62,279 nt of DNA from Negaprion brevirostris (taxonomy: Eukaryota). The translations under genes and the position numbers were made by a program. This document shows, in pieces, positions 51,900 to 62,279 of this stretch. Where the stretch lies: contig JARDVH010000031.1 in assembly GCA_030324005.1 (NCBI GenBank), positions 70,548,011-70,610,289 on the forward strand. Reading direction: 5' to 3'. The number at the start of each line of letters is the position of its first letter. Positions within the stretch are counted from its first letter, which is position 1. Below the pieces are notes generated by a model. The model worked only from the letters and a program-made list of their open reading frames with translations. It did no database searches and had not been told where the DNA came from.

Positions 51900-53150
51900 G
51901 GAGTACAGCAGCATAGTGGTTACTTACTGGAATAATAATCCAGTGGCCTGAACTAATGATCGAGAGACACGAGTTCAAATCCTAATATGGCAGCTGGAAA
52001 ATTTAAATTCAGTTAATTAAATAAATCTGGAATTAAAATGCTAGTGCAAGTAACTGTTATCATGAAACTACAGGATTACAGTAAAGACCGATCTGGTCCA
52101 CTAGTGTTCTTGAGAGGGCAAAATCCACTGTCCTATCCCAGTCTGGCCTACAGGTCATTTTAATAAATCATGGAATCTTGACACTACAGAAGGAGGTCAT
52201 TCAGCCCATCAAGTCTGTACCGACCACAATCCCTTCCAGAGACTATTCCTGTAACCCTACACATTTACCCTCCTCACACCAGGGTCAATTTAGCATGGCA
52301 AATCAAACTAACTCACACATCTTTGGACTGTAGCAGGAAAGCGGTGCATCTGGAGGAAACCCACACAGACACGGGGAGAATGTGCAAACTCCACACAGAC
52401 CGTGGCCCGAGACTGGAATCGAACCCGGGTCCCTGGCACTGTGAGACAGCAGTGCTAACTGCTGTGCCACCACGCTGCCCCGTCCTTGAGGGAAGGAAAT
52501 CTGCTGTCCTTATCTGGTCTGGCCTACATGTAACTCTAGTTCCACACTAATGAGGTTGACATTTCAATGTCCTCTAAATGACCTAGCAAGCCACTCAGTT
52601 GTATCAAACATTGTAACAATGTCAATAAAAAGGAATGTAACCAGGCAGACCACCCAGCATCGACCAATACACCAGTCATGGCAATGGCAATGGCAAACTC
52701 AGCCCTGTCAACCCTGGAGGCTTGTGCCAAAACTGGGAGAGCTAACACACAGACAAGTCAAGCAACAGTCTGACCTAGTTTTACTCACAGAATCATACCT
52801 TAAATATAATGTCCCAGACACCACCATCATTACGTCCTGTCCCAGTGGCAAGACAAATCCAGCTGAGGTGGTATGCGCAGTGGTATGCTGTCAGAAGGGA
52901 GTTTCCCAGCAAGTCCTCAAAATCGACTATGGATCCCATGAACTCTCAGGGCACCATGGCAAACATGGGCAAGGAAAGTTCCTGCTCATTACTACATACT
53001 GCAACCCCCAAACCCTTCTCCACACCATCCCCCTCCCCCATCGCCCATCGCCTCAGCTGACAAATCGTTACTTCTGTTGAGCATCACTTGGACAGGAGAC
53101 CTTGGTAATGGTAATGCCCCGACAAGCTCTGAGTTTAAGTCCAACTGGAA
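51900..53150 (+). mobile_element. LINE 5' part: tRNA-like 5' region plus endonuclease start, interrupted by a SINE
   Basis: gagttcaaatcc B-box-like at ~51971. Downstream LVPKLGELTHRQVKQQSDLVLLTESYL and LLITTY are APE-endonuclease-like segments. Confidence 0.7.
52166..52480 (-). mobile_element. HE1-type V-SINE, full length, nested
   Basis: Minus strand gggcagcgtggtggcacagcagttagcactgctg...gggttcgattcc...gtgtggagtttgcacattctccccgtgtctg. Confidence 0.88.
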
Positions 53151-53444
53151 GAATTATTGTCCATTGAAGAAGCATTCAAGATGAGGAAAGATGTGAGGGC
53201 ATGAGAGAGGATGCATTAAGATTCATGAGAATGATTCTTGGGGTGAGGAACTTCAGTTAAATAGATAAACTGGAGAGACTAAGGCTGTTCCCCTTCAATC
53301 ATGGCAGTCAAGAAGGAATTGGATCATTATCTGAAAAGGAACAAAAACAGCTGGGCTACAGGATAAAGCAGGTGGGTTTTATTGGGTGAATTGCACTTGC
53401 ACAGAACCAGTAAGGGCATGACTGACTGAATGGCCTCCTTCAGA

Positions 53445-53995
53445 CGCAACACATTTGCTAAGTATTTCTTGCATTTTGGGGCATATGGGGGTGGGGCTTG
53501 AAGGGGCACCCAATGGGGGGTGGATGGGGGGGTGACGTGGGGCCTGCTACCACACTGCAGCTTCGATTGGTGAGGATGAGGGGACGCAATCAGTCTGGAC
53601 AGTGGAAGGGAGCACATTGCGGGGCCTGCATTTTCGGGCAGTTTGGGGCTCATGATCCATGGACCCATAGATTGCAAAGGGTGGAGAGACGGAGTTTGTT
53701 GAAGCTGCCTGCAGCAGCAGAGCCCTGACATCTCTCTCTCTGTCTATCAGACCTCTGCAGTTGCTATTGCACATGTGCAAACACAGAGATCTGTGCATGC
53801 GCAATAGCTCTCTATGCAGCCTGGCTGGCAAATTAAGTCCAATCAGCTATCTCCAGCAGCTGGAAATGGTCTAGCCTGTATTTTCAATGTTTAGGTTCCT
53901 AAGATTGGGAATGAAAACTTGCCCAAAAAACGGATCAGGAACTCTCCCATTTTCACGCTAGTTGAACATTTAGAATCATTCTTGGAAAATTCTGC
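53445..53995. mobile_element. GC-rich MITE-like DNA element (family of 870-1720 and 61901-62279)
   Basis: Terminus ttttcacgctagttgaacatttagaatcattcttggaaaattctgc resembles the 1680-1720 terminus. Confidence 0.5.
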
Positions 53996-56900
53996 ACATG
54001 GTGTGTGATTTTGTTTTCTGTGTAATCAGTGAAATGTCAGTTGTATTTGTTTCTCAGTGACTAAATCAGCATAGAACAAATGTCATTCAATGAAGGTTGC
54101 ACAAATATCTGTAGGAATCAGTTGAATTACAACACACTGAGTGGCAGCAAACTTTAAACAGGGTCTCAAAAACACTCATAACATACTTCAGAACATGTAC
54201 TTTTCAATTAACAAAGTGGCACCATTCCACTGTGCTACTGATGAAAGAAGTAATTTTATAAACTCCCCTATTTTCTTAAGGTTCAATATTTTAAAAAATA
54301 CTTATACTCTTTACATTNNNNNNNNNNAACAAAATTGAGAGAGTCAACTGCCTCATTTCTTCAGTTTTTATGGCACCTCAGAGACCTTAAGCTGACTCTA
54401 CACACAGATTTGTTTAGGTCTGTCTACGTTAACCAATCTTATTTATAATCTAAGTCAAGCCCTTTTCTGTACCTATTTCCCTATATACAATGTATAAATC
54501 TTAATCAGATTTAATTCTGTAGAGTTAAGAGTTTGATTAATTTATCAGCAACAGTTCCTTTGCAGATATAACCCAATTTATAATGTGGATGACTATGAAA
54601 ATTCACTCCAAAATTCATTAGTTACCGACTCCTTGTTCTGTCAATACTATGCACCAGTAAAACTGATCAATTTCAATTTATACAGAGTGGCTTTTCAGAG
54701 TTTATAAATTCAAATAAAGGAAGGAAAGAAAACGTGCTCTTGTGACACACAACAGCCTTAAAGATGACCAAGCAATGCAGTAGGGTAGGGATGGGTTATA
54801 ACCTCCAGCCGGATACAAACAGAGCAGATGATGATCTCCTCTAATTGGCGTAAGAGGCATTAAATCAAATGGGTTTGGGCAATCACAACCACAGTCATTG
54901 TGGAGGCAAGTTTACACCACAAAACTGCTGATAATTTGGTATCATTTGAAATCAAATTGTCAGCCCCATTTATCCAAGCAGTCACACAGCAGTGAGGTTG
55001 AGATTATAGTTTACCGGTGGGGCTATATCTTATTAATACTAAGAGTTACATTCAACTGGTTATAGAGAATGCATTCCAGAAACTTGCCAAATGTAAACCA
55101 GACACTAAAAATGTATTTCTTTTGACAAGTCGTCTTCTTTCCGTTATAGTGAAATTGAGGAGCTAGTGACGGCCATGCCACTGTAGACTAAGAAATTACA
55201 ATGTTTCTTCTGAATTTCAAACATCCTATGGTATAATATTGTCTACCTTATGGATTTCTACTTTGGAAAAGGCTTGAATCTGCTATCTTCTGACTCAGAA
55301 ATGAGGAAGCTGCCATCCAAACTGAGTTGGCAATTCAAAGAGGGTACAGCCAGAAATCATATCAACATTGTTTTGTACATTCAGAAAAGATGAAGAATAT
55401 TTTTTGGATCAGCTATAGACAATGAATTGAAATGCACAGTAATCGCAAAATAAAAGAAAAAAAATCATTCATGTTGGAGAACAGAATGCCAATAAAAATC
55501 CCTCTATGAGTATGGGCTATTTCAAGAAGCAACAAGATAGCATCAAAGTATTGAAAAAAATTGCTTTATCAAGCAAAATCCAAGTTGATACCAGTAAACT
55601 GCAACAATATATAAGCAGATCGATAAACAGTAGGCTCTCTCCTGTTTATAAGCCATCATCCACAAACAACATATTTTAGTTATTGCTGTCAGGATAAGAG
55701 CAAAGTGACAATTTTTTGAATAAGGCAGGCAGTCTTACTTGGCAACCGTACATGACAGAGATTCAGATGCACACTGCGCATATCTGAATTTCCAGTGTGT
55801 ATTACTGGTGGGTTAGGTTCCCTCAGAATCATGTATTTGTAAAACGATATCTTAAATCTTTATAATAATCTTCTTCCTGTTGAATACATCAAGTCAGTTA
55901 ACTACATTATGACTGTCAAGCTGGTCAAGTTACTCCAAATGATTCAGTATTTAACTGCTTGTTAAACTTTTTTCCAAATTCCTACCTTCTGTTATACTTC
56001 CTTCTGTCACCAAATATGTAAAACCCTTCCCCAGTTTCATTTTTCTCCTGTCTAAGGAAAGAAAGGAAAACCAACAAAAGTGAATGGGGTAGGCAGAAGA
56101 GGGAGGGAGATAAAGAGAGAGACGAGTTTTGTCAACTGATGATGCCTTAGTTGACGTGGAGTGAAATACAATAATTGTTTTGATGCAGTTTCAATAGCTG
56201 TTGACATGAGCCTAACGGTTATCACAACCTATAAGTGGCTCAGTGGGAATCCTATAAATTCACTATTCGATTGACAGGTCCTAGAAGTGATTGAGGGATT
56301 AGCTGTCTTTGATTTGGGGTACAGATACAACTGTTTGTTTTATACAGGATTAGGAACTTGAAGGAATTTTAATGTATTAAATGGGCTTTCATCAATGAGA
56401 ATGTTTTAATATAAATAATTCAAACTTTATTGAATTTGAGATCTGCTCATGGGAATACTGGGTGAATTCACATGGAGGGTAAGGGCATAGGGCTGGCATT
56501 GGAGCTATTAGATGGCAGGAGGATAAATGGGGGCTATAGTTGGCATAAGTTGACATTTAGATGGCCTGGTCTGTAAGGGGTACAATCTGGAGTGACGGGT
56601 TGGAATGAGCTGGCATTAAGTTGACATAGAAGCCATGAGGGAAGAATAGGGGACATACATTTGCATGGAGGGCATGAGGACACATGGGGGGTGGGTGGGG
56701 CTTTGAGAGCCAATCCTGCCCCAACCCTCACCCCGAGGAAGGTAAGAAAATCTGGCCATTCAGGGCTGTTTGTCTCAGACATTGGCACTAAGCTGGGAAT
56801 TTCCTGGTCTCCATGCACCCACAAAGAAATACTCCTAACATCATTTTGTTTTTAATGTTAAAGTTGTGCTCATTTCCCCTGCTGTCTGGGCATACTCAAT

Positions 56901-58731
56901 TAAGTTCTGAGCTTAAGTTGCTTCTTAGCTCAGTTAACATATAGGATCAGCATTGCTGCACTTTCCTTCACTACGGCTGCTCTCCACCCTTATGCGTCTG
57001 CCAGAGTGGTATTGCACAGTACACAGCAAAATACTTCAAAATACAAAAAAAAGACATTGTTGATCTATTTTTCTGCAAATTGTTATTTTAATCAGTTGTA
57101 TACATATTTTGATCTACAGATTTGAAGAGATTTTTTAAAAAATTCTTTGCTTTCACCAATTCCCTGGTTATACTCAGTCAATTCTAAATCAACTCAATTT
57201 AGAATTCTGCTCACCATTTCATTAAACCTGTTCATTGTGAGCAATCTCTCAAAGCATTACTTATCTCAGTGCACTTTTTTTTATTATCTTGGACTTTGCC
57301 TGTGATTTTCATATTTATATTGTTCAACTTGATCCAAAATGAATATTAGGTGTGGTGGGCACAACTGTTGGCCTTGCTATTGGCATTCACATCTCATGAA
57401 CACATAAAAACACATTAGCAGTAAGACATTGCAATACTACTGCCAACAACATAAATTAACACTAATACCCTATCACCAATTATGATTTCCTAATTCAAAA
57501 CGTTTCACTATTTCTTCCCCTGCTTCTACATTCTTCTCTGCCTTCTATTTGGCATTCCTGTGTCTGGGCAAAACCGTTATATAATTCATGACTGAGGAAA
57601 GAATGAGCTTAATGGGTCAGTTGGGTTTTTCTCTTCTCAAATTTACGTTTCTATGCCATGTCATTCTTCAAACTTACCAAACAGCTTGGAAATAACCTTC
57701 TGCTACACTTATCCTAGGGTGTTTGAGGTGGGGGGGATAGGCATTCCAACCNNNNNNNNNNNNNNNNNNNNNNNNNNNNNNNNNNNNNNNNNNNNNNNNN
57801 NNNNNNNNNNNNNNNNNNNNNNNNNNNNNNNNNNNNNNNNNNNNNNNNNNNNNNNNNNNNNNNNNNNNNNNNNNNNNNNNNNNNNNNNNNNNNNNNNNNN
57901 NNNNNNNNNNNNNNNNNNNNNNNNNNNNNNNNNNNNNNNNNNNNNNNNNNNNNNNNNNNNNNNNNNATTAGTGTGAGGTAGGTCCATTCAAAAGTCTGAT
58001 AGCAGCAGAGAAGAAGCTGTTCTTGCATCGGTTAGTACGCAATGTCAGACTTTTGTATCTTTTTCCCCACAGAAGAAGGTGGAAGAGAAAATCCAAAGTT
58101 CATGGTGATTTGACATCCTACTCTTAATTATGTGTGACTAATTTACTAAATAATATTAAAAATTTCATCTAGTGATTGGTACATTTACCCTCTTTGTTCA
58201 AGAAAAAATGTAGCCTCGAGATGATCTGGCAGGGTTAGTGCATTCTCTCAGCTACCTGAGAGCAACCTCTTCAGTTTTAGAGATAAACAAGAAATGACAA
58301 ATGCTAAAACAAGTTCTGAAAATGCAAGCAATTCACAGTATTTACAACTGAAAGAGAAAGATGGATTAAATGTTTCACTTAAATATTTCAGTGAGATCTT
58401 TCTGACATGCAAAATATGAATCTACCTTTCTCCTTCAATTTTGATTGGTTATGTGTTTCCAGCATTTTACTGTTATCTTGAGTCTTCAGTCCTGTTATCA
58501 GATTATTCAGTATGTCATCTAATTTCAAGAACAGCTTCAGTAGAAGCATTCCTTTGGCTTCTGTAGTATGTTTGGGGGAAAATTGTACAGGTGCGCTGTA
58601 CACTGGATGATGAGGAAGAATAATCTGCAAGGTTTTGGTTCATATCCATAAGGAGCACTTTGCCTGCAGATCAACAGCAATAGGGCAGCATCAAAACTAG
58701 CTATGACTTCTCATGGCTACATCTCCATCTA

Positions 58732-59010
58732 GGGCAGCACAGCAGCACAGTGGTTAGCACTGCTGCCTTACAGTGCCAGGGACCCAGGTTCGATTTTCGT
58801 CTTGGGTCACTGTCTGTGTGGAGTTTGCATGTTCTCCGTGTCTGCGTGGGTTTCCTCCCACAGTCTGAAAGACACGCTGGTTAAGTGCACTGACCCAAAC
58901 AGGTGCCAAAGTGGGGCAACTAGGGGAATTTCACAGTAACTTCATTGCAGCGTTAATGTAAGCCTTACTTGTGATTAATAAATCAACTCTACTTTAATTT
59001 TTTACTTTAC
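58732..59010 (+). mobile_element. HE1-type V-SINE with internal deletions
   Basis: gggcagcacagcagcacagtggttagcactgctgcc...ggttcgatt...tcacagtaacttcattgcagcgttaatgtaagcc. Confidence 0.9.
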
Positions 59011-59321
59011 CTGTGGTCGAGGTTCTGTCCAGCCGATGAGGACATCACTCACTGGTCAAGGTCCTGGTGGGGAAACTCCATCAATTCTGCAAGGGAGACT
59101 CTGGCAAAATCAAGTATCTGCTCGGGACTTGTGTATCCACTGTCATGTCTCCCTGAAAATGAGGACTCCAACAGCAGACGTCCTACCCACCAAGAGCTGC
59201 TGTCAACCCGTGCCAGCTGTGGCTGCTGGAGGCAACACACCTACTAGAGGCTCAGGATCATAATGTGATCCCAAGCCAAAGGCGAGTCAACTATAATAGG
59301 GCTTGTTGGGTGGAGATTGTG

Positions 59322-59416
59322 GTAAACACAGTAAGAAGTCTCACAACACCTTATAACACCTGGTGTTGTGAGACTTCTTACTGTGTTTACTCCAATCCAA
59401 TGCCAGCATCTCCACA
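59322..59416. mobile_element. Miniature Penelope-like insertion with perfect inverted repeat and target-site duplication
   Basis: Perfect 29-bp arms at 59322-59350 and 59362-59390; direct repeat tggagattgtgg at 59311-59322 and 59417-59428. Confidence 0.8.
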
Positions 59417-59919
59417 TGGAGATTGTGGGGCAGAGGTGATCGGAGGCAAGAGCAGGGGGGCTGGATTTCAGTGGCCGTGTCCCTGCCAGATTCCAGGTCT
59501 TTTGATTGGCAGAGTGCCTGAGAGCAAGATAAATCCCTGACCTAACCTGGGATCATTGTCATACTTGACATGGTTTGTTGGGCAATATTCCAAGGCTGTA
59601 GAAATGGCATGCAGTCCTCATTTAGCACCTAAGACACGACTCAATTGCGGTGGACTCAGGAATAATGGGTGTCAATTGGGCTTATTAATTAGTCTAATTC
59701 TGCTGCCAGTGACTAACTCTGCTCAGCCCCTTCCTTCTTCGGAGTTAACTGGGAGAAATAAGGTTAATGCTCACTGTGGCAAATGAAGAGCATAAACACC
59801 AACGCAGACCAGATTTTACCATAGACTGCAGTGTTTAAGTTGACTCAGCATTTAAAATGAGCAGGCAATAATCACTGTGTTACAAAAATGCACAGGAGTT
59901 TAAAAACACGTCTACCCTT

Positions 59920-60178
59920 TGCACTGGATGCTGATGCCAATGAATTTGATGGGTTTAAAATGCTTTGATTGTGGTTAAAAGCATCTTTGTACCATTGTAA
60001 TTTGTTCAATGGACCATGTCACATTAATTTAATTTGAATTGTTGGTGTTGCGTTTTTCACATTTCAAAATGGCGACCACCTACACCCACATTAGTGGTTC
60101 ACTTTTATAATTGGTATATAAGTTGACCCCCATCTTTTGAGGCTTCAAAGGTAGACTTATATGCCGGCATCTACAGTA
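59920..60178 (+). mobile_element. Possible pogo/Tc2-type DNA transposon right end
   Basis: gatgctgatgccaatgaatttgatgggttt (DADANEFDGF, pogo-like acidic C-terminus), subterminal tataagttgaccc and terminal gtagacttatatgccggcatctacagta ending in TA. Confidence 0.45.
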
Positions 60179-61900
60179 TTGCTTAACTTGTTGTGGTGAA
60201 TTTACATTCTATTACTTCTGCCAGCCTCTCTTTGGAGTCTGATCAAGCAGCCAACTGTCAAGTGTTTGTGCGGAATTAAAAATCCTTCATTCAAAAGTTA
60301 CATCATTATTTTGAGGAATATTTCTGACAAAATAGAAAACTGTTGCATTTAGGTATAAATATGTTTATCCATAGCTGGAACATCCAGTTAACATAAATCC
60401 TTCTTGTTGTGAAGTGCTCTTCAGTATGAAAATTATCAGAAAGTAAAATAATTAATGCTTAATGGTTCTACTTCTCTACAATCTGTTAAAATGATAAAAA
60501 ATAATTATCATAAAAAAGAAATTTTCCAAACTGATTGGTTTTGCAAAATATCAAACAAGGCTCGCTGATATTTATGTCTGAATATGTTTTCAACATTTTT
60601 AATCATTTACCTTTGTGAACACTTAATTAAAATTACAAAACCAATTCTAATCTGGAGTCCAATTAATATGCAAATGTATGCAAATGCAGTAAAACTAGGT
60701 GGTGATTAAGTAGAGGACAGTTTATTTCATGTATACTTCAAGTGTGCAAAAAAAAACAAACAGATCTGTCTTCCTTCTAGTGATTCCATTGGCACATTGT
60801 TGTGTTTACAGAGTGACTATGCAGTTTGTAGCAAAAATCTGCATACATTGTGACTGTGTAAACACAAAGGATTTATACTCCAGAGTCATTCTCCTCCCAG
60901 GCTGCAGACTAGACATGCAATGAAGTCATTCTTTCATATCTCAAATCTCAGTAAGGTCAATGCAAAGTTAAATTTCAGGGTGCTTATTTATATGATCATA
61001 TATAATTCAAGTCACTCTACCTCCACAAGGCTGCACTAATTTAGATAGGCTTTATGCAGTATGCTATATAACACAATGCTTTGAATGACTGAAGGAAATG
61101 GTGTCCTTCAGAGTTTACCGATGTTTAAAAAGGGGACTGCTGTGATGTCCTGTCAGTAACATATGCATTTGCGAAGGAATGCCCATCAGTGTATGTTTTA
61201 CAATTTTCTGTTGCGCGTTTCTCCATAAACCAACATTTTCATTCATAGCAAGTTCATTAAAACTCAATTATTAAGTCCAGCCAAGAGCAGGAAATCCTGA
61301 TATGATTCCACTTTGCTGCACTGATATTATCAAACCTCTGGTAAACCAACTTTGAAACAATGGTCCAGAAGTCCCCATGTTTTGCAGAATTTCGAAGTTA
61401 GTATCTTTGCAGCAGGATCCCATTCACTTCCGATCCATTTATTAATGGGAAGTGCTGCTCAGTTTTAAAATCTTTAATTGTGGGGGACATGCAGCATTAA
61501 ACAACATCCAGGAATAAGAAATTCCACAAGTTCATTTAAAAACTAAAGAGTTGGCTTTAATTAAAAACAGTGGGATTTCCTGCAAATTTTTTTCCCTCTA
61601 ATCATTTTTGTTTATTCATCTTTTAAACTTTACTTTCAGTAATCTACACACTGATCCATCAATTCAAAGGAGAAAAAGAACAGGATCATGTTCACGGAGA
61701 TTACCAGTTGGCTGAATTTTAATTTGTAGAATTGGTCTGAAAGTGATGAAGGGGTCCTTCAAGGGCTGCTACTGACTCCTTACACTCATTATTTTGGCCA
61801 TGCAGCAAACTATCATTTACAAGTGGGGAGAGACAAGTTAATATCCTGCATCTTGGATCTAGCAAATGGTTTGTTAGTATAGGAAACAGCTAAAGTTATA

Positions 61901-62279
61901 GAGCGGAAATCTCCCAAAAAAATTCAAAGTGTTGAATGTGTGTGAAAATTGGAGTAAATTGTGCTATTTTTCCAGTCGGATTTCAGAGAAGAATCTCCCA
62001 CTGTGCACTGCAGAAGCCACCAGGGTGACTATCACTAAAAACTAGGGGATTGTCCCTGCTGGAGAGGCTGAAGTCAGCATACTCAGTGGGCTACTGCGCA
62101 TGTGCCGATCTATCAGTGCCGACATCGCCAGCGGCCTCGCATTGAAGGGCTCCCAATTGCTGGCTAGCTTGATCACTAGCCAGACCCGCAACCCCACAAC
62201 TCCAGCTCTTCGCGACCTGCCCCCCACTGTTCAATCACTGACCCTCTGACCATTCCCGGGCCAACCCGATATCCCTGCC
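61901..62279. mobile_element. MITE-like DNA element left part, truncated by the window end
   Basis: Start gagcggaaatctcccaaaaaaattcaaagtg is the inverse of the terminus at ~1690-1720. Confidence 0.55.

Noticed and set aside
33993-62279. Upstream GTDC1 exon (VADVVVFNS...PDHRPKDL...FPDVS)
   Set aside because: No such coding segment seen by eye; the intron probably exceeds 28 kb and extends past the window end.

Overview
Vertebrate genomic DNA with several N gaps. The repeat content (HE1-type V-SINEs, Deu-type SINEs, CR1, L2, RTE, Penelope termini, Harbinger) indicates a cartilaginous fish, most likely a shark. The window lies inside one gene on the minus strand: GTDC1 (QTMAN, tRNA-queuosine alpha-mannosyltransferase, GT-B fold). 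Five consecutive coding exons splice in frame at canonical GT-AG sites (33992-33612, 29093-28984, 28347-28203, 11674-11604, 9162-9071; 799 nt). The upstream exons and the last exon were not found and probably lie outside the window. The rest is intron: decayed transposons plus repeat-free blocks that look like conserved non-coding elements. In mammals GTDC1 neighbours ZEB2 and its introns carry deeply conserved enhancers. I found no convincing new multi-gene system. The best second-look items are a ~250 bp element with two tandem U2 snRNA 5' heads (39071-39320), Penelope-type inverted termini with degenerate hammerhead cores, an old imperfect palindrome, and a ~10 kb transposon-depleted island. 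Family names and human comparisons come from recalled sequences, not database searches.
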